Source: a bacterium
Lineage (GTDB): Bacteria; Patescibacteriota; Minisyncoccia; Phycocordibacterales; CALRBL01
DNA length: 64,000 nucleotides
Direction: 5' to 3'
Assembly: GCA_027487075.1 (NCBI GenBank)
Contig: JAIYEG010000002.1
Coordinates: forward strand, 79,202 to 143,201
Shown: piece by piece, positions 46,321 to 56,467 of the stretch
Position numbering within the stretch: the stretch's first letter is position 1
Layout: each line of letters starts with the position of its first letter
Translations under genes and position numbers: made by a program
The notes under the pieces: model-generated
What the model saw: the letters and a program-made list of their open reading frames with translations, nothing else
Told to the model about the DNA's origin: nothing
The model's database searches: none

Positions 46321-47736
46321 ATGAACAACGATACACGTACGTACATAAAAGACCTCAGTGGCAAGGTGGGGAATGAAGTCACCATCAAGGGATGGGTGGA
46401 TATTCGTCGCGACCAAGGAAAACTTATTTTCCTCGATTTTCGTGACATGACGGGCAAGGTGCAGGGAGTGATTCTCCCTAATGCAAAAGAAGCGCACGAA
46501 GTGGGTACTCAGCTCCGCTCTGAATGGGTGGTAGAAGTGAAGGGGAAGGTAAATCCTCGTCCAGAAAAAAACGTGCAGAAGGACAAGCTCAACGGCGACA
46601 TCGAGCTCGAAATTCTTTCGATCACCATTTTGAACCAGGCAGAAACTCCAGGATTCGACATCGGAAACGATACCCGTGTCGTCAACGAAGACACTCGCCT
46701 CGAACAACGCTACCTCGATCTCCGCAGTGAACGTCTTCAAAACAACATTCGCGCTCGCCACAAAGCCATCAAGCTCGTACGTGATGTACTCGACACAGAA
46801 GGCTTCATCGAAATTGAGACCCCACTCCTCACCAAATCAACTCCTGAAGGTGCCCGCGACTTCATCGTGCCGTCACGCCTCGAACGTGGCACCTTCTACG
46901 CACTTCCTCAGTCACCGCAGCAGTACAAGCAGCTCCTCATGGCTGCTGGCATGGAAAAATATTTCCAGATCGCACGTTGCATGCGTGATGAAGACACGCG
47001 TGGAGACCGTCAGCCAGAGTTTACTCAGCTCGATATGGAGATGAGCTTCGTGCGCGAAGACGACATTATGGCGTTGAACGAAAAACTCCTCATCGAGCTC
47101 GTCACCAAGCTTTATCCTCACAAGAAAATCCAAGAAATCCCATTCCCACGCATTTCATACAAGGACGCTATGGAAAAGTACGGCAATGACCGCCCTGACA
47201 TCCGTACCAACAAAGAAGATCCGAACTTGCTCGCATTCTGCTGGGTGGTAGATTTCCCGATGTTCGAAAAGAACGACCAAGGAGGCTGGACTTTCACCCA
47301 CAATCCGTTCTCAGCAACTCAAAAAGACCACGAGGAGGCTCTCATGAATGCAAAAGCAGATGACGCCAACCTCACCCACATTAAAGCTGCACAGTACGAC
47401 ATCGTCCTCAACGGCTATGAGATCGGTGGCGGGAGCGTGCGCAATCACGACCCTGAAAAACTCCTCAAGGTATTTGAGATTATGGGATACGAGCGCTCAA
47501 ACGTTGAACAGAACTTTGGTCACATGCTCAAAGCTTTTCGTTCAGGAACACCACCACACGGGGGTATTGCATGGGGTTTTGACCGCCTCATGATGCTCCT
47601 TCAGAACGAGCCAAACATCCGCGAAGTGATCGCATTTCCTAAAACAGGGGAGGGTCGTGATCCGATGATGAAGAGTCCTGATACTGTTTCTGAGGCGCAG
47701 CTTCGAGAGCTCGGTATTGACATAAAGCAAAAATAA
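46321..47736 (+). CDS. aspS: Aspartyl-tRNA synthetase (bacterial type, no GAD insertion domain)
   Basis: OB-fold N-terminus, motif 2 FQIARCMRDEDTRGDRQPEFTQLDMEMSF, motif 3 GGIAWGFDRLMMLL. 471 aa. Confidence 0.9.
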   Translation: MNNDTRTYIKDLSGKVGNEVTIKGWVDIRRDQGKLIFLDFRDMTGKVQGVILPNAKEAHEVGTQLRSEWVVEVKGKVNPRPEKNVQKDKLNGDIELEILSITILNQAETPGFDIGNDTRVVNEDTRLEQRYLDLRSERLQNNIRARHKAIKLVRDVLDTEGFIEIETPLLTKSTPEGARDFIVPSRLERGTFYALPQSPQQYKQLLMAAGMEKYFQIARCMRDEDTRGDRQPEFTQLDMEMSFVREDDIMALNEKLLIELVTKLYPHKKIQEIPFPRISYKDAMEKYGNDRPDIRTNKEDPNLLAFCWVVDFPMFEKNDQGGWTFTHNPFSATQKDHEEALMNAKADDANLTHIKAAQYDIVLNGYEIGGGSVRNHDPEKLLKVFEIMGYERSNVEQNFGHMLKAFRSGTPPHGGIAWGFDRLMMLLQNEPNIREVIAFPKTGEGRDPMMKSPDTVSEAQLRELGIDIKQK

Positions 47737-47751
47737 CTTAATACTTATTCC

Positions 47752-48009
47752 ATGCCAACAAAATCAAATTCAGCATTTATGAAGCCTATGACCATCAGCG
47801 CCGATTTGGCTGCTGTTGTGGGAAAGGGTCCAATGCCTCGTTCAGAAGTTACTAAAAACATTTGGGCTTACATCAAGAAGAATGGTCTTCAGGATGCAAA
47901 GAACAAGCGAAACATCAACGCAGACGAGAACCTCAAGAAGGTCTTCGGTGGAAAGGCTACTGTAAGCATGTTCGAAATGACCAAGCTTCTTTCAAAGCAC
48001 CTTTCATAA
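47752..48009 (+). CDS. SWIB/MDM2 domain protein
   Basis: MTISADLAAVVGKGPMPRSEVTKNIWAYIKKNGLQDAKNKRNINADENLKKVFG. Confidence 0.75.
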   Translation: MPTKSNSAFMKPMTISADLAAVVGKGPMPRSEVTKNIWAYIKKNGLQDAKNKRNINADENLKKVFGGKATVSMFEMTKLLSKHLS

Positions 48010-48095
48010 AGATTTTACTTACCTGTATACAGCAAAGCCGCTTGCCGTAAGGTGAGCGGTTTTGTGTGATGCATGTTCTGCGATATACTTCACCC

Positions 48096-48491
48096 ATGTC
48101 GTGCATCTTCTGTAACATTATTTCCGGTTCGATTCCCGCATACAAAGTGTACGAGGATACCGACACACTTGCATTTCTTGATATTCATCCGATCAACCCT
48201 GGTCATGTACTCGTTATTCCGAAAGTTCATGTTCCCGAATTCCAAGACCTCGATGATGAAATCTATACCAAGACAATGAACACGGTGAAGAAGATGGCAC
48301 AGAACCTCACAAAACTTGAACCAAAACGTATAGGGCTCAAAGTAGAGGGATGGGATGTGTCACACGCACATATCCACGTGGTACCACTTCTTGATCCACA
48401 CGATATCACTTCAAAGCGAGCAGTAGAGGGAACACTCCTCAATCCAACAAAAGAAGAACTTGAGGCTATATTACTGAAACTAACCACATAA
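48096..48491 (+). CDS. HIT-family hydrolase
   Basis: CIFCNI... and the histidine triad HAHIHVVP. The start is taken at the internal ATG (MSCIFCNI). Confidence 0.8.
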   Translation: MSCIFCNIISGSIPAYKVYEDTDTLAFLDIHPINPGHVLVIPKVHVPEFQDLDDEIYTKTMNTVKKMAQNLTKLEPKRIGLKVEGWDVSHAHIHVVPLLDPHDITSKRAVEGTLLNPTKEELEAILLKLTT

Positions 48492-48500
48492 CTATTTACC

Positions 48501-48752
48501 ATGGAACAATTGAGAATGAATGACGGCTTCGAAAACAGTAGTGAGAAAGAGCCAAAACGGTCTTTTATCGTGATTGATTTTGAAAATGAGGATGACCCTA
48601 AAGTTGTTTTTGGTGGGGAAGCAACATCTGAAGATGAAGCAAAAGAAATTATCGAACGCGAAAAGGGAATCGTCATTGATTTTGAAAAGAATCCAAACAT
48701 CGAAATTGCCTTTCAAACAGGAGATGACAATGAATGGCAAAAGGCCGCATAA
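48501..48752 (+). CDS. Small acidic hypothetical protein
   Basis: 83-aa ORF, Glu/Asp-rich, no motif. Confidence 0.35.
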   Translation: MEQLRMNDGFENSSEKEPKRSFIVIDFENEDDPKVVFGGEATSEDEAKEIIEREKGIVIDFEKNPNIEIAFQTGDDNEWQKAA

Positions 48753-48762
48753 CACCTAACCA

Positions 48763-49500
48763 ATGCCCGCATTCTCAATCAAAACCGAAGTATTCGAAGG
48801 ACCACTCGACGTCCTCCTTTCGCTTGTCGAAAAGCGTAAGCTCTTCATCAATGACATTTCGCTTGCAAAAGTGACTGACGACTACATTGCGTACATTCAA
48901 CATCTTCCCGAACTCCACATGCGTCACACAGCAGACTTCGTGGTGATTGCATCAACACTACTCCTCATCAAATCAAAATCTCTTCTTCCTGAACTCACCT
49001 TCACCGAAGAAGAGCAACAAAGCGTCGAAGAACTCGAGGATCGCCTCAAACAGTATCAACGTATCAAAGAACTTTCAGTACATCTTAAAAAGCGTTTTGG
49101 TAAGCACATCCTCTTTGCAGCAAAAGATCCAAAGCCTGAGGTCATCTTCTCACCCTCACCAGACATTACTCTCGGAAACATAGTCACCGCAATCAAAAAC
49201 GTACTTGCTGCACTTCCGAAAAAGGAAAAACTTCCCGAAGTCACCGTACGCAAGATACGTACCCTCGAGGAAACCATCAACGATCTTGCGAGTCGTGTGC
49301 AATCCGCACTTAAAATGAGCTTCCGCGAATTCTCAAAGCATGGGAGCGGCTTGAGTAAAGAGGAAAAGGTGAATGTTATCGTGAGCTTTCTTGCAATGCT
49401 CGAACTTGTGAAGCAGGGCATCGTGGAGGTCAATCAACACGAACTCTTTGACGACATTGCTATTGAGACACATAATGTAGGAACACCGACATATCTATGA
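48763..49500 (+). CDS. scpA: Segregation and condensation protein A
   Basis: FEGPLDVLLSLVEKRKLFINDISLAKVTDDYIAYI. Confidence 0.85.
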   Translation: MPAFSIKTEVFEGPLDVLLSLVEKRKLFINDISLAKVTDDYIAYIQHLPELHMRHTADFVVIASTLLLIKSKSLLPELTFTEEEQQSVEELEDRLKQYQRIKELSVHLKKRFGKHILFAAKDPKPEVIFSPSPDITLGNIVTAIKNVLAALPKKEKLPEVTVRKIRTLEETINDLASRVQSALKMSFREFSKHGSGLSKEEKVNVIVSFLAMLELVKQGIVEVNQHELFDDIAIETHNVGTPTYL

Positions 49501-50051
49501 CTACGCTTTCACTTACCGCAAAAATCGAGGCTCTTCTGTTCTACAAAAATGAGAGTGTCACCATAGCGTGGCTCGCGAAAGCTCTTGGGGAAGACAAAGA
49601 AGCGATAACCACAGCACTTCGTGAGCTTGAAGCAGCTCGCGCCAACACCGGCATCGTCCTCCAGCGAAACGGGGAAGAAATTGCACTCAAAACTTCGCCA
49701 GAAGCAGCATCACTCATCGAGGCATGTGCAAAAGATGAAATTGCCAAAGAACTCACCCCATCAGCTCTCGAAACACTTTCTATCATCATGTATCGCGGAC
49801 CCTTGCCGAAAAAAGAGATCGATTACATAAGAGGGGTTAACTCCGGTTTTATTTTGCGCAATCTTCTCATTCGAGGACTCATCGAAAAACAGGACGGTGC
49901 AGGAGGAAGTGTGCTATACAAGCCAACCATGGATCTCATGTCACTTCTCGGCTTGCAATCAATCGAAGATCTTGAAGAGTACACCAAGGTTCGTGAAGAA
50001 CTTGAGCAGTTTAATAAGCAAGACACCCATGTGGAAGCAGACCGTACATAA
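49497..50051 (+). CDS. scpB: Segregation and condensation protein B
   Basis: IEALLFYKNESVTIAWLAKALG...ALRELEAARANTGIVLQRNGEEIAL. Overlaps scpA by 4 nt. Confidence 0.85.
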   Translation: MTTLSLTAKIEALLFYKNESVTIAWLAKALGEDKEAITTALRELEAARANTGIVLQRNGEEIALKTSPEAASLIEACAKDEIAKELTPSALETLSIIMYRGPLPKKEIDYIRGVNSGFILRNLLIRGLIEKQDGAGGSVLYKPTMDLMSLLGLQSIEDLEEYTKVREELEQFNKQDTHVEADRT

Positions 50052-50967
50052 CAATTTTGCATACATATCTGTATGTGCAGTGCTCGCTCTTAGTACAGGC
50101 TTTATGTATATCGAGAATGCACGCTATCTTGATGCACGTACAAAAGAACAAGCATCAGCTACCGCCCTACAAAGCATGGGTCCACTTCTCAATAAAAAAC
50201 TTTTCAAAAATCTTTCCTTGGAAGCACAAGCAGTGTATGTCTACGACATCACCACAGACAGAGTGCTCTATCAAAAGAATGCTGACACTCAACTTCCGCT
50301 CGCCTCAATTACTAAAGTCATGACCGCACTTATTGCTTCAGAGCTTGCCACCGCACAAACTACATCAATCACAATTTCGCCTACTGCTATCGCATCTGAC
50401 GGAGATACGGGGCTCATCGCAGGAGAAGCATGGAATATGTCAGACCTTATTTCATTTACTCTCATCAATTCATCAAACGATGGGGCAACAGCAATTGCTG
50501 AAACGTTTCCGCGCTTTGTCGATACCATGAACACAAGAGCGAAAGATCTAGGTCTCTCATCGTTAGTATTTAATAACCCCACAGGTCTTGATATCGAAGT
50601 GGCAAGTACGAGTATAAGCGCAGGGGGATATGGATCAGCTAAGGATGTAGCTCAACTGATGGTACACATTGTCAAACACAGGCCGACCCTCCTTGAATCT
50701 ACCACTGCTACATCATCTACATTTAGGTCTACAAGCGCTTCACACACCGCCTACAATACCAATCCAATGATTGAATCATTACCAAACCTCGTAGCATCAA
50801 AAACAGGCTACACCATACTCGCTGATGGCAATCTTGCCGTTGTATTCAATCGAGGACCACAACAACCCGTCGTTGCGGTAGTCCTTGGATCTAGCTTTGA
50901 TGGTCGTTTTAGCGATATTCTTAGCCTTGCTTCGACCACCCTCAGAGCGTATAATGGTCAGCAATGA
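50029..50967 (+). CDS. D-alanyl-D-alanine carboxypeptidase (S11, PBP5/DacA-like)
   Basis: SxxK as LPLASITKVMTA, SxN as INSSND, KTG as SKTGYT. Signal-anchor AYISVCAVLALSTGF. Start taken at the internal ATG at 50029. Confidence 0.8.
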   Translation: MWKQTVHNNFAYISVCAVLALSTGFMYIENARYLDARTKEQASATALQSMGPLLNKKLFKNLSLEAQAVYVYDITTDRVLYQKNADTQLPLASITKVMTALIASELATAQTTSITISPTAIASDGDTGLIAGEAWNMSDLISFTLINSSNDGATAIAETFPRFVDTMNTRAKDLGLSSLVFNNPTGLDIEVASTSISAGGYGSAKDVAQLMVHIVKHRPTLLESTTATSSTFRSTSASHTAYNTNPMIESLPNLVASKTGYTILADGNLAVVFNRGPQQPVVAVVLGSSFDGRFSDILSLASTTLRAYNGQQ

Positions 50968-52037
50968 CCCCTCTTACCCTTAGCGTTATAAAGGTATTTG
51001 CTCCAGCTGTGGTTTCATTCTTTGTCGGTCTTGCGATTACTCCTGCGCTGAGCAAGCTTTTCTTTAAACATCGACTGTGGAAACAATCTTCTCGTACCAT
51101 CGAAAGCACGACAGCAGCAGAAGATCAGATGTCTGAAGAATTCAAAAAGATTCACAATGAAAAAGGCGAACTCTCCACTCCACGTATTGGAGGTATTATC
51201 ATTTGGCTGTCAGTGGTTATCACCATCATGATTGGATACCTCAACTCATTCTTTTTTGACAACGACATTACCACCAAACTCGACTTTCTTAGTAAAAATC
51301 AGACACTCCTTCCTTTGTTCGCACTGTTATTTGCATCCCTTATCGGCCTCGTCGATGATCTACTACAAATAAAAGGAGGTCACGGCTTTAGTGACGGCAT
51401 CTCACGAAAATATCGCATTCTCGTCGTACTCTGTATTGCCATCGTAGGAGCATGGTGGTTTTCAGTAAAGCTTGGTGTATCAAGTATTTATGTGCCATTT
51501 ATTGGTGATTGGAATATTGGTCTGTGGTTTATTCCGTTCTTTATTATCACCATGCTTGGCGTCTTTTCTGGTTCTGTCATCGATGGTATTGATGGACTTG
51601 CTGGTGGTGTCATGATTTCGGCATTCGGTTCATATATGGTGATCGCTTTTTTCAACCAGCAGATCGACCTTGCCGCATTTTCTGCAGTGATTGTTGGAGG
51701 TATTTTAGCGTTCTTATGGTTCAATATCCCACCTGCACGCTTTTACATGGGTGAGACGGGTATGCTCGGCCTTACCGTTACTCTCGCTTTGATAGCATTC
51801 CTCGCAGAACAGCCACTACTTCTTCCAATCATCGCTTTTCCTCTTTTTGTAACCTCACTTTCTTCGTCGATCCAAATGTTTTCTAAAAAATACTTCAAGA
51901 AAAAAGTATTCCGTGTTGCTCCACTCCATCACCACTTCGAAGCGCTGGGCTGGCCTTCATACAAAGTCACGATGCGTTTTTGGATTGTCTCTATTATCTT
52001 TGGTTTTATTGGCATTCTTATCGCTCTTATCGGATAA
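50964..52037 (+). CDS. mraY: Phospho-N-acetylmuramoyl-pentapeptide transferase
   Basis: GLVDDLLQIKGG, PLHHHFEALGW and about 10 TM helices. Confidence 0.9.
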   Translation: MTPLTLSVIKVFAPAVVSFFVGLAITPALSKLFFKHRLWKQSSRTIESTTAAEDQMSEEFKKIHNEKGELSTPRIGGIIIWLSVVITIMIGYLNSFFFDNDITTKLDFLSKNQTLLPLFALLFASLIGLVDDLLQIKGGHGFSDGISRKYRILVVLCIAIVGAWWFSVKLGVSSIYVPFIGDWNIGLWFIPFFIITMLGVFSGSVIDGIDGLAGGVMISAFGSYMVIAFFNQQIDLAAFSAVIVGGILAFLWFNIPPARFYMGETGMLGLTVTLALIAFLAEQPLLLPIIAFPLFVTSLSSSIQMFSKKYFKKKVFRVAPLHHHFEALGWPSYKVTMRFWIVSIIFGFIGILIALIG

Positions 52038-52040
52038 CCT

Positions 52041-53156
52041 ATGAGTACACCCGCCCCAAAGAAAAAGGTGGATAAGCCATTTCTTCTCATTGTTATTTTG
52101 ATTGTTATTGCAGGGGTGCTCATCTTTACCTCGGCTTCACTCGGACTACTTGCACGAACTGAAGAACTGTTCAAATCGGTGATGTTTAATCAAATTGGAC
52201 TTGGGTTAGTCGGTGGACTCATTGCCATGCTTGTCATTGCATCTATCAATGTTAAGCATTTCAAACGCGCTGCGTTCCCGTTTTTTATCTTTTCGATCAT
52301 TTTACTCTTGCTGGTATTTGTTCCTCATATCGGGTTTGCTCATGGTGGAGCAAAGCGCTGGATACACGTAGGAAGTCTGTTCTCTATGCAGCCCTCTGAG
52401 ATATACAAAATTGCATTTGTTCTCTTTTTTGCACTATGGCTTTCTAAGCTCAAAGACCGAATTAAAACATTTCGCTACGGCACTACCGCATTTTGTGGGT
52501 TTACCGCTATTTCAGCACTCCTCATTCTGAGTCAACCAGACACTGCCACTTTTGGCGTGGTTACCTTTGCAGGGCTTGGTATGTACCTTGTTGCAGGAGC
52601 TCGCTGGAGGGATATTATTATTTTTATTGGGGCAGGGATCATCGGGCTTGCATTACTCGCTTTTACTCGACCGTATGTAATGCAACGTATTGAAACATTC
52701 CTCAATCCCGCACACGATGCAACAGGCTCAGGATATCAAATCCAACAATCAATGATCGCTATCGGGTCAGGGCAGGTATTTGGCAAAGGGTTTGGTCAAA
52801 GTGTACAAAAATTCAACTTTCTTCCCGAACCAATAGGAGACTCGATTTATGCAGTAGCCAGCGAGGAGTTCGGGCTCGTCGGTGCAACTATTATTATCAT
52901 CCTATATGTTGTGCTTGCACTACGTGGTTTCAAAATAGCCTCAAGAGTTCCCGACATGTTTGGTAGACTTGTCGTTGTAGGAATTGTTATACTTATCGCG
53001 TCTGGATCGTTTATAAATATTGCATCGATGCTCGGACTGATGCCTATTTCTGGAATTCCACTCATGTTCATCAGTCACGGAGGTACCGCGCTCTTTATTT
53101 CACTTGCAGGGGTTGGCATCATTCTCAGTATTTCAAAACATCAAACAACCACATGA
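52041..53156 (+). CDS. ftsW: SEDS-family peptidoglycan glycosyltransferase FtsW/RodA
   Basis: Polytopic membrane protein. C-terminus LGLMPISGIPLMFISHGGTALFISLAGVGIIL. Confidence 0.85.
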   Translation: MSTPAPKKKVDKPFLLIVILIVIAGVLIFTSASLGLLARTEELFKSVMFNQIGLGLVGGLIAMLVIASINVKHFKRAAFPFFIFSIILLLLVFVPHIGFAHGGAKRWIHVGSLFSMQPSEIYKIAFVLFFALWLSKLKDRIKTFRYGTTAFCGFTAISALLILSQPDTATFGVVTFAGLGMYLVAGARWRDIIIFIGAGIIGLALLAFTRPYVMQRIETFLNPAHDATGSGYQIQQSMIAIGSGQVFGKGFGQSVQKFNFLPEPIGDSIYAVASEEFGLVGATIIIILYVVLALRGFKIASRVPDMFGRLVVVGIVILIASGSFINIASMLGLMPISGIPLMFISHGGTALFISLAGVGIILSISKHQTTT

Positions 53157-54289
53157 AAATCGTATTTACCGGAGGGGGAACAGGAGGACATTTTTATCCG
53201 CTTATTGCGGTTGCTGAGGAGCTCGATCAGCTCGCTGCCGAGACGGGCATGCTTCCACCCGAATTTCACTTCTTTGCTCCAGAGCCATACAGCGAGAGCA
53301 CGCTTTTTGAACATCGCATTGCATTCACACAGATTCCTTCAGGAAAACTCCGACGCAATGCAGGACTTCTCGCTCCATCAAATATAGCAGGACTCCTCAA
53401 GGCTCTTAAAGGTGGCTTCATTGCGCTCTACAAGCTCTTCAGACTCTATCCCGATGTGGTATTTGCCAAAGGAGCATACGGAAGCTTTCCGACCATCTTT
53501 GCAGCACGTCTTCTCTTTATCCCCGTGGTGATCCACGAATCAGATTCAAAACCAGGTCGCGTGAACGCCTGGGGAGGGAAGTTCGCTCGCTATATCGCGG
53601 TCTCGTATCCTGATGCGGCAAAATATTTCCCTGCACACAAAGTCGCATGGGTAGGGCAGCCACTACGTCGTGAGATCATCGAACCAGCAAAAGACGGCAC
53701 TCGCGAAGCATTTGATCTTGAAGAGGGAATTCCTACCATTCTTGTGCTCGGTGGCTCACAAGGTGCCGTCATTATCAATGATGCACTCCTCGACACGCTT
53801 TCATTCCTTTTAAATGACTATCAGATCATTCACCAAACAGGTGCGGGCAATTTTGACTCCGTCAAAAATCAATCAGAGGTGACTCTTGAAAAACACCCAC
53901 ACAAACATCGCTATAAGCCATATCCCTATCTTTCAGAAGACATGATGAAAAAAGCGGCAGGAGTTGCATCACTCGTGATATCGCGTGCAGGCTCTACTAT
54001 CTTTGAAATCGCTGTGTGGGGACTTCCAAGCATCATTATCCCAATCCCTGAGCGCATCAGCCATGACCAACGCACCAATGCCTACAACTACATGAGAGCA
54101 GGGGCATGTTCGGTCATCGAAGAGCAGAACCTACGCCCTGAAATTATCCAAGCCGAAATCCATCGCATCCTCAATCATCCCGATGTTGTGGAAGAGATGA
54201 AAAAGAATGCGGGCGCATTTGCACGGCGCGATGCTGCACGCGTGATCGCTCAGGCACTTATCACCATTGCAGACGAACATAAAAAATAA
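53153..54289 (+). CDS. murG: UDP-GlcNAc:lipid I GlcNAc transferase MurG
   Basis: MKIVFTGGGTGGHFYPLIAVAEEL. The ATGA overlaps ftsW. Confidence 0.9.
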   Translation: MKIVFTGGGTGGHFYPLIAVAEELDQLAAETGMLPPEFHFFAPEPYSESTLFEHRIAFTQIPSGKLRRNAGLLAPSNIAGLLKALKGGFIALYKLFRLYPDVVFAKGAYGSFPTIFAARLLFIPVVIHESDSKPGRVNAWGGKFARYIAVSYPDAAKYFPAHKVAWVGQPLRREIIEPAKDGTREAFDLEEGIPTILVLGGSQGAVIINDALLDTLSFLLNDYQIIHQTGAGNFDSVKNQSEVTLEKHPHKHRYKPYPYLSEDMMKKAAGVASLVISRAGSTIFEIAVWGLPSIIIPIPERISHDQRTNAYNYMRAGACSVIEEQNLRPEIIQAEIHRILNHPDVVEEMKKNAGAFARRDAARVIAQALITIADEHKK

Positions 54290-54304
54290 TATCACCTCTA
54301 CAAC

Positions 54305-54526
54305 ATGAAAGCTTTTGGCGCACACATACAACCCACCCAGCAAGTCATCGATATCCAGGAAGAGAAGCAGATCGAGAAGGAAGCGCAGGGACTCGTCGAG
54401 CTTCATGACTTCATTAAAGCGCACCCTGATGCGCCCGTAAAAGAGATAGCGAAGTTTATGCCGCCGGTAGATTCTCGTGCGGTGAACAAAGCAATTCAAC
54501 TCATTGCACTGCGGGATAAAAAATAA
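54305..54526 (+). CDS. Small hypothetical protein
   Basis: 73-aa ORF after murG. Confidence 0.35.
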   Translation: MKAFGAHIQPTQQVIDIQEEKQIEKEAQGLVELHDFIKAHPDAPVKEIAKFMPPVDSRAVNKAIQLIALRDKK

Positions 54527-54582
54527 CCTCCCCAGTTCCACGATGGGAAAAGGGGAGGGGTAGAGTTTGTCGAGCGCTTGTT

Positions 54583-55437
54583 TTACGTCACAACAAACTC
54601 CTGCTCGAGTTCAGGCTCAGGCAATTTCGCCAGACCAGCGCGCTGTGCCGCATCAGCATGATGATTGAGCGATTTGTCGGTTTCGCCCAGCGCGTGCGGT
54701 AAACCACGCGCAAGGGATTCGATGGCGAGGAGCATGTGCGAGACAGGCACTTCCGTCTCTGTCACCACCTGATCCGGCGTTGGTGCCGGAAACACGACCA
54801 TCATTTTCGGATCACCCTGACCGGGTAAAGCGGGAAGATAGTGGTTGCATCCACAACCGTGAAGGGGAATAGTCCCCGTATGACGGTTGATGACACTCAG
54901 GATGTGAAGATACAGCGACGTTGCGGGAGGCAACCCATGCCACACAGCGTCAATCGTCTCCCAGGGCAGCCCCTCGGGAAGATGAGGGGCGAGCTCAGGA
55001 AGACGTTCGGCCTGGTGGAGATTTGGCCTCGTCACCATGAACATGTAGCCGCCGTAGAGAGCCCACGGCAAGCGCATGCCATAAAGATCGAAGAGCTCAA
55101 GCATCGCCACTCGCATCCCGTCACGAATGCGAATTGCGACGGTGCCCGCAGTAGACGATGCGCGAAACTCATCGATCTTGAGCTCGAATGCTTTACGATC
55201 GGTCGGCATGTAGCCCTCACACAGGCGCAAGGCTGAATTCAGACACCGAACCTTGATCTTTTTTGAAACCGCAGGGTCATCCGCATACTGACTCGCCGAT
55301 ACATGATCGACGAATGCCGCGAACTTCGAAGCGATGTCGGGGCTGCCGGCATCATTCAACCTCGACACCGCAGTGCCAAGGGCATTTTTTGCATTACACA
55401 AAGTGCACATAGATACATAAGGAACACCCATTCTCAC
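54583..55437 (-). CDS. GC-rich hypothetical protein with a CxC motif (possible metal-binding partner of the upstream ATPase)
   Basis: 284 aa, HGCGCNHY, Pro/Leu/Gly-rich. Visibly more GC-rich than its neighbours. A hairpin plus T-run terminator lies downstream on the minus strand (54530-54561). Confidence 0.5.
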   Translation of the reverse strand: MRMGVPYVSMCTLCNAKNALGTAVSRLNDAGSPDIASKFAAFVDHVSASQYADDPAVSKKIKVRCLNSALRLCEGYMPTDRKAFELKIDEFRASSTAGTVAIRIRDGMRVAMLELFDLYGMRLPWALYGGYMFMVTRPNLHQAERLPELAPHLPEGLPWETIDAVWHGLPPATSLYLHILSVINRHTGTIPLHGCGCNHYLPALPGQGDPKMMVVFPAPTPDQVVTETEVPVSHMLLAIESLARGLPHALGETDKSLNHHADAAQRAGLAKLPEPELEQEFVVT

Positions 55438-55503
55438 TGGCCATGAGAACAGTTCGTTTGTTTCAAGTTGAGCGGCCAGTTATAAATTCGGAGTAACCCG
55501 AGC

Positions 55504-56325
55504 CTAAGACTGAACGCCCAAATCGTGCTTGCGCTTCCATTCTTCTAAACGATGAATCGTTGAAGTGTGTGGTATATGCTTTTGGATATGAGAAAGCACG
55601 GCATCACACATGCTCTTATTCTTCTCCATAACATTTTCATATTCATATGTTGCAAAAGCGGGATCAAATAAGAATGCACCTATAGGATCGACAGACATGT
55701 TAACATTCGTGATATCTACACACTTATTCAGAACAACAAAAAAAGGAATTCCATATGCATCAGCAATACGCTTTGTACTTTCCATTACTGCAATACTGTT
55801 TTTTGTTTGCTCTACAACACAGATGATCGCATCGACACCTAGATACAACCCATAATTCAACATGTCAGTGCCTGCAACTGAATCGATAATCACCATTTCA
55901 TCTGAACGAAGGTGTAAGTAAGGGAGGTAAAATTTTATTGACTTTGCATATGCATGACTGCAGCGTCCGCTATACATAGTTTCTTCATCATGATCTCCAA
56001 GTACCATAAGTTGCAAATTGTCTGAAACCTTTTTAGCGTAGGTGTTCATAAAAGTATCATCGAATGTAAATGACTCTTTTTTATGAAGTGCAAGAATATC
56101 AAATGCATTTTGAGACAGATCAATACCAAAGTGGTGGTATATATCTTTTTCCGCACCCTTAAGAAAAGGGGATGAAGGCTCGATTCCAAGATTGTGCGCA
56201 AGGTCCATATTGTAATCCGCATCAATAGCCAACGTAGGTAGACCCGAACGCGCAGCATGACACGCAAAAAGCCATGAAATCGATGACTTACCGCTCCCAC
56301 CTTTTCCTACAATTGCAATTCTCAT
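55504..56325 (-). CDS. CooC/MinD-superfamily P-loop ATPase
   Basis: Deviant Walker A IAIVGKGGSGKSS, and LAIDADYNMDLAHNLGIEP resembles the CooC IDADPDANL. The ORF-track start is a TTG at 56334. The in-frame ATG at 56325 is preferred. Confidence 0.75.
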   Translation of the reverse strand: MRIAIVGKGGSGKSSISWLFACHAARSGLPTLAIDADYNMDLAHNLGIEPSSPFLKGAEKDIYHHFGIDLSQNAFDILALHKKESFTFDDTFMNTYAKKVSDNLQLMVLGDHDEETMYSGRCSHAYAKSIKFYLPYLHLRSDEMVIIDSVAGTDMLNYGLYLGVDAIICVVEQTKNSIAVMESTKRIADAYGIPFFVVLNKCVDITNVNMSVDPIGAFLFDPAFATYEYENVMEKNKSMCDAVLSHIQKHIPHTSTIHRLEEWKRKHDLGVQS

Positions 56326-56329
56326 ATAA

Positions 56330-56390
56330 TGCAAATTATTTGCAATAAGTATTGTAACATATAAGTTATTTAATGCAAACTATTCGCATT
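56330..56390 (-). promoter_or_regulatory. Promoter with two copies of a palindromic operator (ATGCAAAyTATTyGCA)
   Basis: TGCAAATTATTTGCA (56330-56344, perfect palindrome abutting the start codon) and AATGCAAACTATTCGCATT (56372-56390). On the minus strand TTGCAT-16-TACAAT is -35/-10-like, with operator 2 over the -35 and operator 1 in the 5'UTR. Confidence 0.5.
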
Positions 56391-56404
56391 AGTTTATAAA
56401 AAGG

Positions 56405-56448
56405 AATCCCCTCGAATCTTTGCCTTACAGCTAGGATTCGAGGGGATT
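56405..56448 (-). terminator. Strong intrinsic terminator (14-16-bp stem) for the upstream minus-strand gene
   Basis: AATCCCCTCGAATC...GATTCGAGGGGATT with a 12-nt loop. The minus strand continues ccttttta. Confidence 0.65.
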
Positions 56449-56467
56449 GCGGAGGGAAGCAGGGAAG

